Under the pieces are notes generated by a model. It saw nothing but the letters and a program-made list of their open reading frames with translations, was not told the DNA's origin and ran no database searches. Of a stretch of DNA of 64,000 nucleotides, positions 1 to 9,425 are shown one piece after another. A program made the position numbers and the translations under genes. The stretch covers positions 288,001 through 352,000 of the forward strand of contig JBILLK010000004.1 in NCBI GenBank assembly GCA_044376115.1, in the 5' to 3' direction. The stretch comes from Polyangiaceae bacterium (GTDB taxonomy: Bacteria; Myxococcota_A; Polyangia; Polyangiales; Polyangiaceae). Numbering within the stretch: the first letter of the stretch is position 1; the number at the start of each line of letters is the position of its first letter.

Positions 1-100
1 TCGCATCAGGTAGCGCAGGACGCCAACTGTTGCGAATCATTCTTTGAAGGTCTTCGTTGGCCCTCATGGCTGCGAATGGTACCTTGAGCCCAAGGCACCC

Positions 101-1126
101 ATGACCACACAGAACGTCGGGTCGAGTGACGTTAAGGGGTTCGACCCTGAAGAGGCGGAACGGCTGGCTTCTCTCATTCGGCCAGCCTGGGAGGACGATG
201 AGGTCGGACTCCTGGGGGATGAGCCCCCCGCTCCCGCGGTGGCAATCGAGGCTGCACCGGCCGCTCCCGCTCAAGCGGACGCCAAGGCGTTTGAAGCAGC
301 GGTCGAAGAGAAGACGGTCGTGGCTCCACCCCCGGCCCCGAGCGCGGGAGCGAGCAAAGCCACCGACACGATGGTCGACAGCAGGCCTCCCTTCAGCGAC
401 GCAGCGCGACCGCAGGCGGCTGGGCCCACCATGCTCGGGCTCGGTTCTGAGGACGCGGCCGAGCCCGCGAAGGCGCCGATCGCTGCTGCCGCGGCAGCGT
501 TGTCAAAGGAGCTGCAAGCCTTTGATTCAAGCCCGCCGGAGAAAGCCGCCTCGGGGGACGGAGTCAACAAATCGTTCACTCGTACAGCCCATCTCGAGGC
601 AACCCCGCTGCAAGCCAGCTCCCCGACTTCGACTCGGTCGAGGGCCAACCAACGGCCTAGCGCCTCGCGCGCCGACGACCCGGTCGAGCTCCCGGTGCGC
701 AAGAGTTCGACGGGGTTGATGCTTGGGTTGGGCGGAGCCGCTGTGGTGCTACTCGGCCTGGGTGCGTACGCACTGTTTGGCTCATCCGGCGACAAGCAGC
801 CTGATCCAGCTACCCCGGTGAAAGCGGCCACTGAGAAGCCCGCGGAGGCGAAACCGACGGCTACCTCCAAACCGACGGCGACGGCCGCTACCCCCGCAAC
901 CGCAGTCGCAGCGACAGCCACGGCGACTGTCACCGCTACCGCAACCGCCACGGCAACCGTCGCGGCCACGGCTGCACCAACGCTCTCGCAAACGGCGCCA
1001 ACGGCCGTTACAAAAACAACGGCGGCGAGCCCCGGGCCAACCGCGACCACCAAGCCAACCGGGCAAAAGCCACCTCCCCAAAACACAGGCAAGCCGGGAG
1101 GAATCATCCGTGACGTGCCTTTCTGA
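101..1126 (+). CDS. Single-pass membrane protein, acidic N-terminus, Ala/Thr/Pro-rich stalk
   Basis: TM GLMLGLGGAAVVLLGLGAYALF, low-complexity ATAT linker, short C-terminal IIRDVPF end; ATG 101 preferred over TTG 44. Confidence 0.7.
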   Translation: MTTQNVGSSDVKGFDPEEAERLASLIRPAWEDDEVGLLGDEPPAPAVAIEAAPAAPAQADAKAFEAAVEEKTVVAPPPAPSAGASKATDTMVDSRPPFSDAARPQAAGPTMLGLGSEDAAEPAKAPIAAAAAALSKELQAFDSSPPEKAASGDGVNKSFTRTAHLEATPLQASSPTSTRSRANQRPSASRADDPVELPVRKSSTGLMLGLGGAAVVLLGLGAYALFGSSGDKQPDPATPVKAATEKPAEAKPTATSKPTATAATPATAVAATATATVTATATATATVAATAAPTLSQTAPTAVTKTTAASPGPTATTKPTGQKPPPQNTGKPGGIIRDVPF

Positions 1127-1186
1127 TCTAGCCTGTGCTCCCGTAAAGTTTGGCGTCCTTCGATTCGCACTCGTTTGAGGTTTTGA

Positions 1187-2425
1187 ATGTCCTGCGCCCT
1201 GCGTGATCTCTCGACCCAGCCGCCGGCTGCGTCTATCCGGCACAAAACTCGAGGTTCTTTCGTCGGCCTACGGCTCGCTGCGCTGTTTGCAGTGAACGTG
1301 GCCGCTGCGTCTCTACCAAGCACCGCCCTTGCACAAGGTGCCCCGGCGGTGAGCGACCCGGTCAAAGACGTTGCGCGTCAACGTTACGAGGAGGGCGTCA
1401 AAGCGCTCGATGAAAAGCGATTCGAGGACGCTCGGGTCGCGTTCGAGCAGGCGTTCAAGCTGATTGGCTCGCCCGCCGTCCTGTTGAATCTGGGCGTCGC
1501 TGAGAGCAAGACCAATCGTTGCGTTGACGCCGGCAACCACCTCCATCGCTTCTTGCGTGAGCACAAGGCTGCGACCCCCGACAACCGTGCACTCGCGACG
1601 GCCACCCTGGACGAGTGCAAGAAGAAGGTGTCGACGCTCAGCGTTTCGGTGGACGCCCCCGGCTCCGAGATCGCAATCGATGGCAAGGTCGTCGGCCGCT
1701 CACCGCTCGAGGATCCGTACTTCGTAGAGCCGGGCCCCCACGTCGTAACCGCGAGCAACAACGGGAAATCAGCGACCAACAAGACCGACGTTCTGAAAGG
1801 GGCGTCTGCAAATGTGGTGTTGTCGCTCGGTGGTGGTACCCCAGCGCCCCCGCCCGTCGATCCCGGAGGAGGCGGGCTTCAGCCCCAACCGATCGGCCAG
1901 CCAGGCTACCCGGGGATGCAGCCGCAGCCCTTCTTACCGCCCCCGCAAACAGACGCAGCAGGCGAGGACTTTGGCGCTTGGTACGTGCGAAGTCCGCTGG
2001 CGTGGGTTGGAACAGGTGTCGTTGGCGTTGGCTTGGGCGTGAGCATCGCGTTCACGGCCCTCTCCGCGGACAGCCTATCCGTGACCAACTCCATCGCCGA
2101 TCAGATTCGCGCCCAAGCCGCCGCGGACGGCATTCAAGGAGCTCCTTGCGGTACTGAAGCTGGAGCCAACGACGTCTACCCGATCGCTTGCAAAGACGCG
2201 CGTGACGCGCAGGATGTGCACGACGCCAACCAGGCCGTGATGATCGTGGGCTGGGTCACGACGAGCCTGGCCCTTGCGGGCACCGTGACCTACGTGATGC
2301 TCGATTGGTACGCTGGTTCGCGCACGGACGGTCCACCTCGCAGCGCGGAACAGGGGCCGTCGGTCGCCTTCGTTCCTTCCGTTTCACCCGACGCGGTGGG
2401 CGGGGTCCTTGTCGGCCAGTTTTAG
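1187..2425 (+). CDS. Secreted TPR + PEGA domain protein
   Basis: Signal ending ALA-Q; TPR-like helices (ARQRYEEGV..VLLNLGVAE); PEGA motif LSVSVDAPGSEIAIDGKVVGRSPL..VEPGPHVV; C-terminal hydrophobic hairpin and GGVLVGQF end. Confidence 0.8.
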   Translation: MSCALRDLSTQPPAASIRHKTRGSFVGLRLAALFAVNVAAASLPSTALAQGAPAVSDPVKDVARQRYEEGVKALDEKRFEDARVAFEQAFKLIGSPAVLLNLGVAESKTNRCVDAGNHLHRFLREHKAATPDNRALATATLDECKKKVSTLSVSVDAPGSEIAIDGKVVGRSPLEDPYFVEPGPHVVTASNNGKSATNKTDVLKGASANVVLSLGGGTPAPPPVDPGGGGLQPQPIGQPGYPGMQPQPFLPPPQTDAAGEDFGAWYVRSPLAWVGTGVVGVGLGVSIAFTALSADSLSVTNSIADQIRAQAAADGIQGAPCGTEAGANDVYPIACKDARDAQDVHDANQAVMIVGWVTTSLALAGTVTYVMLDWYAGSRTDGPPRSAEQGPSVAFVPSVSPDAVGGVLVGQF

Positions 2426-4030
2426 TCGAAGCCGGGAAATTGCCGAGATCGCCAGCGTGATTGCAGCCACAAGAATCGCTGGGGCACCCATGAACAGCAC
2501 GGCGCTCGCAGCGTTCTCTCCGAGTGCGTTTGCGTCCCAGCCGACGTAGAGAAACAAGCTGGTAGCTGCGGCAAATACTGCAAAGACAGCCGCTTCGATC
2601 ACGCTCTCGCGGCTGCGCGCAGCAACCCTCGAAAGCAACATCGTCGCCATCGCGGTCACGAACAAGGCCGCTACCAACGCCTTGCTAGCATCGGGTAAGA
2701 AGTACTCGATCCCAGCCGTTCGGCTGAGCGTCGCGCGGTAGCCCATAGCGACGAGCGTTCCGGCATACGTGCCCGTCATGATCGCGGCTAAACCGCAACT
2801 GGCAGCAGTAACGCGAAGCCTCAGACGCGAACGGGCGACCACAGCCCCGGTTCCAACGAAGCCCAGGCTCGAGAGTCCACCGCGCCACAGCCTCGAGCGC
2901 TGCTCGCGTTCGCTTGCGGCGTGGTCGCGCTCATCTGCAAGCCGCATCAACAGCGCTGAGGCTTCCTCTAGCGACGCCCCCGGCTCCAACGCAGCGGCTT
3001 GTTCGCACGAGGCGGATGGTCGAAGCGTGCAGCCTCGCGCTACGGTCTCACGAAATCCCTGGCCGACGGAGGCTTCCACCGTGGGGCTAGGGGTGGCGAG
3101 AATATCGACCATCGGCGCTCCGAGACTTTGCCGCAGCGTGCGCGTTCCCAACAGCGTCGCAACGGTGGGCGCAACGTCTCGCGTCTCACGAACCGGCAAC
3201 TCGACGCCAACGCGAATTGGCCCGAAGGCCGCTAAAAAGAAGGCCGCATGAGCAGCCTCCTCGTCCCCTCCGTGCCCGCCGCCCGCGATGTGGCCGTGGT
3301 CCGAAAGCACCAGCAGGATATCACGCTGCGGGTCCAACTGCGCAGCAAGTCGACCCACGACGGCGTCAGCGTGCCGGGCCGCAGCTGCGTATGCCTCGGA
3401 TTCGGGGCCGTGTTCGTGACCAGCGTCATCGACCTCGCCGATGTGCACCAACTGCAAGGACCCGTCGGTGAAGGTTGGGTCGATGAAGAAGTCGGTGGCA
3501 AACCGCAATCTCCCCGAAACTACGTCCACTCCCGATGGTGCACCGACGATCGCCTCGAAGGCTGAGAACTGACGTGAGTGGACGGTGACGGCCCACCCCG
3601 CTTCATGCGCCGCAGCGAGCCAGGTATCGAGCCCTCGCTTACCGATACCACTGCCGTTGAGTCGCACGCCGCTCTCACGAGGACCGAGCCCGCTCAACAT
3701 GGCAACGACGTTGGGCGACGTGAAGGTTGGGAAATGAGCGCGCAACGGGCGAAACACGCCCCGTTCTCGAAGGGCGGCTAAATGCGGCAGGCTCCGGGCC
3801 GGCACCTCTCCCAAGCCATCGACCATCGCGACCACTACCCTCCCACTCGGTTCGCGAAATCGTGCGGAGGCCGGCGATTCGGGCACGATGGGTCCCTGCC
3901 CTGCTGGCGGATTCCAGCTCGGCAGCGTCAGCCCCATCACCGCAAAGGTCGCAGCAGCGCCAAGCGCGAAGGCCGAAGCAATCGAAGCGAGGAGCCGAGC
4001 CGCAGTTGGCCGGATCGCTTCGTCGCTCAG
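2384..4030 (-). CDS. Alkaline phosphatase superfamily (NPP / EtN-P transferase-like) membrane protein
   Basis: VDGLG, PTFTSPN (Thr nucleophile), EVDDAGHEHGP, LSDHGH..GGHGG, DVAPTVA; N-terminal TM and several C-terminal TMs; start uncertain (CTG 4030 chosen, track gives 4105). Confidence 0.75.
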   Translation of the reverse strand: MSDEAIRPTAARLLASIASAFALGAAATFAVMGLTLPSWNPPAGQGPIVPESPASARFREPSGRVVVAMVDGLGEVPARSLPHLAALRERGVFRPLRAHFPTFTSPNVVAMLSGLGPRESGVRLNGSGIGKRGLDTWLAAAHEAGWAVTVHSRQFSAFEAIVGAPSGVDVVSGRLRFATDFFIDPTFTDGSLQLVHIGEVDDAGHEHGPESEAYAAAARHADAVVGRLAAQLDPQRDILLVLSDHGHIAGGGHGGDEEAAHAAFFLAAFGPIRVGVELPVRETRDVAPTVATLLGTRTLRQSLGAPMVDILATPSPTVEASVGQGFRETVARGCTLRPSASCEQAAALEPGASLEEASALLMRLADERDHAASEREQRSRLWRGGLSSLGFVGTGAVVARSRLRLRVTAASCGLAAIMTGTYAGTLVAMGYRATLSRTAGIEYFLPDASKALVAALFVTAMATMLLSRVAARSRESVIEAAVFAVFAAATSLFLYVGWDANALGENAASAVLFMGAPAILVAAITLAISAISRLRLKLADKDPAHRVG

Positions 4031-5082
4031 AACGATTGCATCTCCGTTCCGCACTCGGTGCAGAACATATTCGCTAGTTCGATCGGCGCGCCACACTTGG
4101 GGCATGGGCTCGTCGCGTGGGTTGCCTCGTCTGCCTCGTCCGAGGCCAGCGCTTCCAACTCTGCAGTGTTCAGCCGAAGATTCGAGTCCGTGACGAGCTC
4201 GGGCTCATCGGATTCTCCGCTGGAGCTTACGATCCCGTCGATCCGAACGAGCAGCGCTGTGATGTTATCGGTGCCGCCTGCCTCATTCGCGAGGTGCACC
4301 AACGTCTCACAACTCTCACGCAGGTCCGCATCCGGTCCCTCCACAGCCTTGGCCAGCACCGTTTTGATCTCCGGCTCTTCGATCATGCCGGACAAGCCGT
4401 CGCTGCAGAGCAGGAAGACGTCACCTTCTTCGACCTCAGCCGAGTGGATGTCCACCTTCACGTCTTCACGCATTCCAAGGGCGCGCGTGATGATGTTCTT
4501 CGGCAGACGCGCTAGCTCTTCAGGGGTCAAATCGGGCTTGAGCGCCAAGGCATCATTGATCAGCGAGTGATCGTGGGTGAGCTGACTCAAGGTGCCACGC
4601 CGGTACCGGTAGCAACGCGAATCGCCAACGTGCCCCACGTGCATGACGCCGCGGTTCCGCACCAAGTAGGCGGCCACCACGGTGGACCCCATGCCGTGGT
4701 GCTGGCGGTAGGTGGAGGAGATCTCGAACACGTCCCGGTTCGCCTTGCGGATCGCGGCGGCCAAGCGCTGCGCGCCGGGCGTGAGCTCCGTGTATCCCTC
4801 CACGAGCCGCTGACTCTCCGGGATGCCCTCCAACGTGGCTTCGTAGAAGTTCCTGAGCGAGGCGGTGGCCAGCCGACTCGCCACGTCCCCCGCGTTGTGA
4901 CCACCCATTCCGTCAGCGACAACGAAAAGGTCGAGTTCAGGCCGGAGCAAGACGTGATCCTCGTTGTGCTTCCGCTGGCGACCAATGTCGGTAACCCCGA
5001 CCGCTTCGAAACGGACGTCCCCAACCGAACGACCGCTCGGTCGGCTCTGGTCGGCAGCCTGGCTGACCTTATCAACGCCCAT
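4027..5082 (-). CDS. PP2C-family Ser/Thr phosphatase with C-terminal zinc ribbon
   Basis: TDIGRQRKHNED, VADGMGG, HVGDSRCY, LCSDGL, GGTDNIT; terminal CPKC..FCTECG. Confidence 0.93.
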   Translation of the reverse strand: MGVDKVSQAADQSRPSGRSVGDVRFEAVGVTDIGRQRKHNEDHVLLRPELDLFVVADGMGGHNAGDVASRLATASLRNFYEATLEGIPESQRLVEGYTELTPGAQRLAAAIRKANRDVFEISSTYRQHHGMGSTVVAAYLVRNRGVMHVGHVGDSRCYRYRRGTLSQLTHDHSLINDALALKPDLTPEELARLPKNIITRALGMREDVKVDIHSAEVEEGDVFLLCSDGLSGMIEEPEIKTVLAKAVEGPDADLRESCETLVHLANEAGGTDNITALLVRIDGIVSSSGESDEPELVTDSNLRLNTAELEALASDEADEATHATSPCPKCGAPIELANMFCTECGTEMQSF

Positions 5083-5935
5083 CGGCGAACTCGGCATGCG
5101 GGCGGATTATATCGGCCCGTTTCTCTGATTGGGGAGCCAATTCGCTCGGGTTGGGTACGGTTGCAACTTTGGCCGTCGTTTCAACTTCGGCCGCCGTAGC
5201 CGGCGCTGGAGCCGAAGATGGCGAAGCCATCGCGATTGGGTCGATGGTGATGTTGATACCCAGCGCGAAATACGCGTAGGGGTTGGTACCTCCGGCCGAC
5301 CCCGGCCAGGCCACGTTGGTTCCGAGATCCACCTCAAAGAAAGGCCCAAAACCGAAACCTCGAACGGGAGCGAAGTCCGCGCCAAGGCTGATCTGCGCCA
5401 GGTCAACCCCGTGATAATCGCCGGGGGCGATGGTCAGAACGTTAGCGACCTCGTCAGCACCGCGTTCAAAGGTGAGCCGGCGGTAGGCCATTCCGAAGCG
5501 AATCCACGGGTCAAGCGCCGCGCCCTCGACGAGGTGCGCCCGCATACCGAGACCAGCAACGAGCAGGCTTCCTTGGCAGGAGTCACAGTCAGCAGCGCCC
5601 GCGAGCAACCCATACGCCCCGTCGGCGTCCAGCTCCAGGTTCGGGCTGAGGCCAATGCCCAGCGAGCCACCACCGACAAAACCGCCCGAGAAAACGTCCT
5701 CGAGCGAGCCCACCTCAGCAACGTAGCCGACCGGCAAGAAGCCTTTGAACGCACCTCGCACAATGAAGTGGCCAGACCGTTCATCGGAAGCCCGTGGTTT
5801 GGCTCGGCCCTCGTCCTCCACTTCTTCCTCGGGCGCCATGCCCGGCGGGAGGGGCGGCGGAGCCTGCCCCAAAGCCACGCGAGGCGCAGCAAAGGCAACC
5901 ACCGCGAGACAAACTGCCACCTGGGCGAAGCGCAT
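5072..5935 (-). CDS. Outer membrane beta-barrel protein (small OMP type)
   Basis: Signal peptide ending ALG-Q; alternating Gly/aromatic amphipathic strands (DPWIRFGMAY, GFGPFFEVDLG). Confidence 0.6.
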   Translation of the reverse strand: MRFAQVAVCLAVVAFAAPRVALGQAPPPLPPGMAPEEEVEDEGRAKPRASDERSGHFIVRGAFKGFLPVGYVAEVGSLEDVFSGGFVGGGSLGIGLSPNLELDADGAYGLLAGAADCDSCQGSLLVAGLGMRAHLVEGAALDPWIRFGMAYRRLTFERGADEVANVLTIAPGDYHGVDLAQISLGADFAPVRGFGFGPFFEVDLGTNVAWPGSAGGTNPYAYFALGINITIDPIAMASPSSAPAPATAAEVETTAKVATVPNPSELAPQSEKRADIIRPHAEFADGR

Positions 5936-6046
5936 GAGCAGTAGCCTAATCTCAGCTTATCGCTGCTCCGTCAACCTCTCGAGAGCAGCGAGCCGCCCTT
6001 TTGCACAATTCACGCAACTACCGGCGCGAGTGGTCGATAGGTCGGT

Positions 6047-7321
6047 ATGAACACGACGACCGTTGAGCTTCACGACGCCGCTTCACCCTTGGGCCCCATC
6101 CTCGTGTGCTCTCTCGCTGCCGACGGAGCGGAAGAAAGCTCCCTCGTGTTGCGCGAGGGAGAAGCAATCGTGCTGGGGAGCGGAGCCTCGGCTGACTGCC
6201 GGATCGTTGCTCCCACCGTCAGCACCGTTCACGCACGCCTCGTCCACCGAGGCCACGTGCTCTCGATCGTTGACCTCGAATCGAAGAACGGCGTGTTCGT
6301 AAGTGACGTTCGCGTTCGTGCTGCGGAGATCTTTCCCGGCGTAAACCTGCGATTGGCCCGCGTGCGGCTTGCGCTTCGTCCGGCGTTTGGAACCGCGCAG
6401 CCCAAAGCTGCGCCGCTTCGCGGCTTGGTCGGCAACTCGGCGCCCATGCTCAGGCTATCTGCGCGGGTGCGACGGCTGGCTAAGCTACCAGTACCCGTAC
6501 TCATTCGAGGGGAGTCCGGAACCGGCAAAGAGCTCGTAGCCAAAGCCATTCACGAGCTATCGGGGAGAACCGGCGCGTTCACCGCCATCAACGCAGCTTC
6601 CCTCTCGCGCGAGCTTGGTGAAAGCGAGCTCTTCGGTCACAAGCGAGGCGCTTTCACCGGCGCAACCGCCGACCGAGTGGGCGCCTTCCGCGAGGCCATG
6701 GGAGGGACTCTGTTCATCGATGAACTCGGCTCGCTCGCGGGTGACGTCCAGGCAAAGCTGCTCAGGGCGGTGGAGGAAGGCTCGGTCCGCCCCATTGGCC
6801 AAGATTGCGCGGTTTCGGTCGATGTCCGGTTGGTCGCAGCGACGTGCGATGGCTTGGAAGAGGCGGTTGCCAAAGGCCAGTTTCGTCGCGATTTGTACGA
6901 GCGTCTGGCCGTTTCAGTGGTTCGTGTTCCAGCGCTCCGCGACAGGCTTGAAGACCTACCGCTACTCGCCGAACACTTGCTGCGCCACTCCGGATTCAGC
7001 GCCGGTCGGCTCTCGAGCGGTGGGCTTGCGGCGTTGCGGGGGCAACCTCTCACCGGCAACGTTCGCGAGCTGAGGAGCTTGCTGGTGCTCGCAGCTGTCG
7101 CTGCATGCGATGATCCGCCGGGCGCGGAGGAGCTCGTAATTGAAGCCCGTCACATACTGACCGCCGTCTCCGAGCGGTCGGGCAAGGTTTACGGGCTTTC
7201 GGCAGCCGAAGCAGCGATGGCGCTCAACGAGTGCGGCGGGAACGCGAGCGCAGCCGCGCGGCGCCTTCGCGTCCCACGCAGTACGCTTCGAGACCTATTG
7301 CGACGTGGTCGTGCGGCCTAG
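6047..7321 (+). CDS. FHA-domain sigma54-dependent transcriptional activator
   Basis: FHA (VSTVHARL, DLESKNG), Walker A GESGTGKE, ESELFGHKRGAFTGA, LFIDE, GNVREL, C-terminal Fis HTH. Confidence 0.92.
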   Translation: MNTTTVELHDAASPLGPILVCSLAADGAEESSLVLREGEAIVLGSGASADCRIVAPTVSTVHARLVHRGHVLSIVDLESKNGVFVSDVRVRAAEIFPGVNLRLARVRLALRPAFGTAQPKAAPLRGLVGNSAPMLRLSARVRRLAKLPVPVLIRGESGTGKELVAKAIHELSGRTGAFTAINAASLSRELGESELFGHKRGAFTGATADRVGAFREAMGGTLFIDELGSLAGDVQAKLLRAVEEGSVRPIGQDCAVSVDVRLVAATCDGLEEAVAKGQFRRDLYERLAVSVVRVPALRDRLEDLPLLAEHLLRHSGFSAGRLSSGGLAALRGQPLTGNVRELRSLLVLAAVAACDDPPGAEELVIEARHILTAVSERSGKVYGLSAAEAAMALNECGGNASAAARRLRVPRSTLRDLLRRGRAA

Positions 7322-8400
7322 AATGGGAAAATATTGGGCAGACCAGCTCCGCCGGTGAGGCGCCACGTGTTCGCCGCGTTCTGAACGATTGGAATACGGA
7401 ACGCGGGCGGCGGATGGGTAGCCTCGAAGCCGAACAGGATCGCCTCGGGTGTGAGCTGGTCGAGCGCCGCGAAGAAGTTGAGGCTCAACATGGCGCCTTC
7501 TTCGCTCCAGCGCTGCTGGCGTTTGGCGCCCGCCGCGAGCAGGTTGTTGGTACCGGCGACGTCCGAGCTGATCTCGTTGGGTTGGTTGAAAAGAGGTACC
7601 GCCCGCGACAAAAGCCGGCCAAAGTCACCCCCTGAAACCCCGCGGGAGCCGCCGCCGTTAGCACAGCCTGTGTGGCCTAGATGGTGATGGGCAAGCTCAT
7701 GCCCGAGCACGAACGCCAGCTGTTCATCGACCAGCAGCGCCTGCCTTGCCAGCTTCCGCGGATCGTTGTCTTCCGCGGGCGAAATGAAGTTTGCGGCCGG
7801 GCGGGGAAGCGGGCTCTTCGGCCGATAGTTCTTGGCGACGTTCTGGGTGTACGCGTTCAGCCGTTGACCACCAAAAAGCTCATCAGCCGCTTTGAAGCGC
7901 GCGCTGTGCGCCATCACTTCGAGCAGACCATCGCTCACCGCCATCAGCGGCTGACCTTGGTCATCACATGCTGCAAACGCGTTGACCTCCCCTACCGTCG
8001 GATCCGCAAACAGCGGGATGGGGTCCACTTTGGCGCGGGTTGCGTCGGGCAAGCCGACTTTGAGATCGGCCAAGACTGCCCCAGCCCGCTGCCGCAGAAA
8101 AGCCGCGTCGGTGTTGTTGATCGGGTCCACCCCGCCAACGCCCGGTGCCGGAACTGTGCCCGTTGCAGTTGGCTGTGGCTGTTGCGGATAGCCAGGCTGT
8201 TGCGGATAACCAGGCTGTTGCGGATAGCCAGGCTGTTGCGGATAGCCAGGCTGTTGCGGATAACCAGGCTGTTGCGGATAGCCCTGCCCATAATTGGGAT
8301 AGGTGGTGCGGCTCTTGGGCCGGCAGCTGGTGACCGAAAGGAAGGAGAGAGCGAGGGTAACGATCGTGAGCCCGGCTAGTCGCATGGAGGTTGGACGCAT
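7318..8400 (-). CDS. M48-family zinc metallopeptidase, probable lipoprotein
   Basis: VNAFA, LAFVLGHELAHH, ATHPPPAFRI; lipobox-like VTSC; ATG 8400 follows GAGGGG SD. Confidence 0.85.
   Translation of the reverse strand: MRPTSMRLAGLTIVTLALSFLSVTSCRPKSRTTYPNYGQGYPQQPGYPQQPGYPQQPGYPQQPGYPQQPGYPQQPQPTATGTVPAPGVGGVDPINNTDAAFLRQRAGAVLADLKVGLPDATRAKVDPIPLFADPTVGEVNAFAACDDQGQPLMAVSDGLLEVMAHSARFKAADELFGGQRLNAYTQNVAKNYRPKSPLPRPAANFISPAEDNDPRKLARQALLVDEQLAFVLGHELAHHHLGHTGCANGGGSRGVSGGDFGRLLSRAVPLFNQPNEISSDVAGTNNLLAAGAKRQQRWSEEGAMLSLNFFAALDQLTPEAILFGFEATHPPPAFRIPIVQNAANTWRLTGGAGLPNIFPF
8176..8283 (-). repeat. 18-bp coding tandem repeat x6 (GYPQQP)
   Basis: ctgttgcggata(g/a)ccagg units read directly. Confidence 0.95.
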
Positions 8401-8567
8401 GATACCCCTCGTTTGCTTCATGGCGAACGAACGATTCACGTCAACGGACGGTGGGTACCTTGAGCGACCGTAAGATCCCGACGCCCAGCCCGTTGTGGCC
8501 TTTATGTGTAGGTGGCAACGGTGAGCCTTATCAAGCATGTTGCGCGTCCTTGGAACGGAGGTCGCGA

Positions 8568-8966
8568 TTGACTCGAGGGTGGCTGCTGGTGTTAGGGGTG
8601 GGCCTGAGCGCCTGCGGTGGGGCGGCTTCGCACGACGCGGCGCCAAAGCAACTGGAGGGTGGCTTGGCAGACCCTGATGAGCTTGCGCTTTGGCAAGGCG
8701 AGCGTGCGCTTGGGCTCAATTCCCCGGCGGCTGAATCAGCGCCTGGAGATGTCGCAGCGCCAGAGCTGCCAGCTCCCTACGCAGGCCAAAGCGCACAAAC
8801 CTTTTCAACCCCCAACTGCGAGAACGCGTGTGATGCGCTCGGCTCAATGCAAAAGGCGGCCGCACATATCTGTGAACTTGCGCTGGGCCCCCGCTGTGAC
8901 AGGGCGCAAGCACGTGTGGAACGCGCTCGTAACCATGTCCAAAACAGCTGCGGAGAGTGCTCGTGA
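8568..8966 (+). CDS. Lipoprotein with six-Cys helical C-terminal domain (paralog A)
   Basis: TTG with GGAGG SD; lipobox LSAC; six spaced Cys. Confidence 0.75.
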   Translation: MTRGWLLVLGVGLSACGGAASHDAAPKQLEGGLADPDELALWQGERALGLNSPAAESAPGDVAAPELPAPYAGQSAQTFSTPNCENACDALGSMQKAAAHICELALGPRCDRAQARVERARNHVQNSCGECS

Positions 8967-8968
8967 GC

Positions 8969-9415
8969 ATGGCTGACCAACACCATCGGCGTCGCGGGCT
9001 CGGCGCAATCGGGCTGCTCTGGTTCGTTGCGTGTTCCGCCCAGGAGGCCCCCAACTATCCAGCTCCCACAACCGGACCGGCCGGGTATCCAAGTCCCGCC
9101 CAGCCCAACTATTTCAGCGAGCCCGGGAAAGCGCCGCTGAGTGGCTTCCCCGTGCCCCTGCCGCTCGATGGAGAATTGCTTTTGCTCGATCGCGAGGAGC
9201 AACTGATCGAAAGCGTACTCGCCGGGGACCCGGCAGTCCCGCTAGCCGTTGGGGACCGCTGCACAATCATCTGCAAGTCGCTCACCTCAATGCGCCAAAG
9301 CGCAACGCACATCTGCCAGTTGGCAGCGGACCGATGTGAGGCTGCCCAGGCCCGCGTTCGAAAGGCGGAGGAAAGAACAAAAGACGCCTGCCCAGCCTGC
9401 TCAACTCCGACATAA
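8969..9415 (+). CDS. Lipoprotein with six-Cys helical C-terminal domain (paralog B)
   Basis: Lipobox FVAC; Cys pattern aligns with upstream gene. Confidence 0.75.
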   Translation: MADQHHRRRGLGAIGLLWFVACSAQEAPNYPAPTTGPAGYPSPAQPNYFSEPGKAPLSGFPVPLPLDGELLLLDREEQLIESVLAGDPAVPLAVGDRCTIICKSLTSMRQSATHICQLAADRCEAAQARVRKAEERTKDACPACSTPT

Positions 9416-9425
9416 GCTGCAACGC

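Noticed and set aside
8176..8283. Short direct repeats as a CRISPR array
   Set aside because: Contiguous in-frame 18-bp units with no unique spacers and no cas genes
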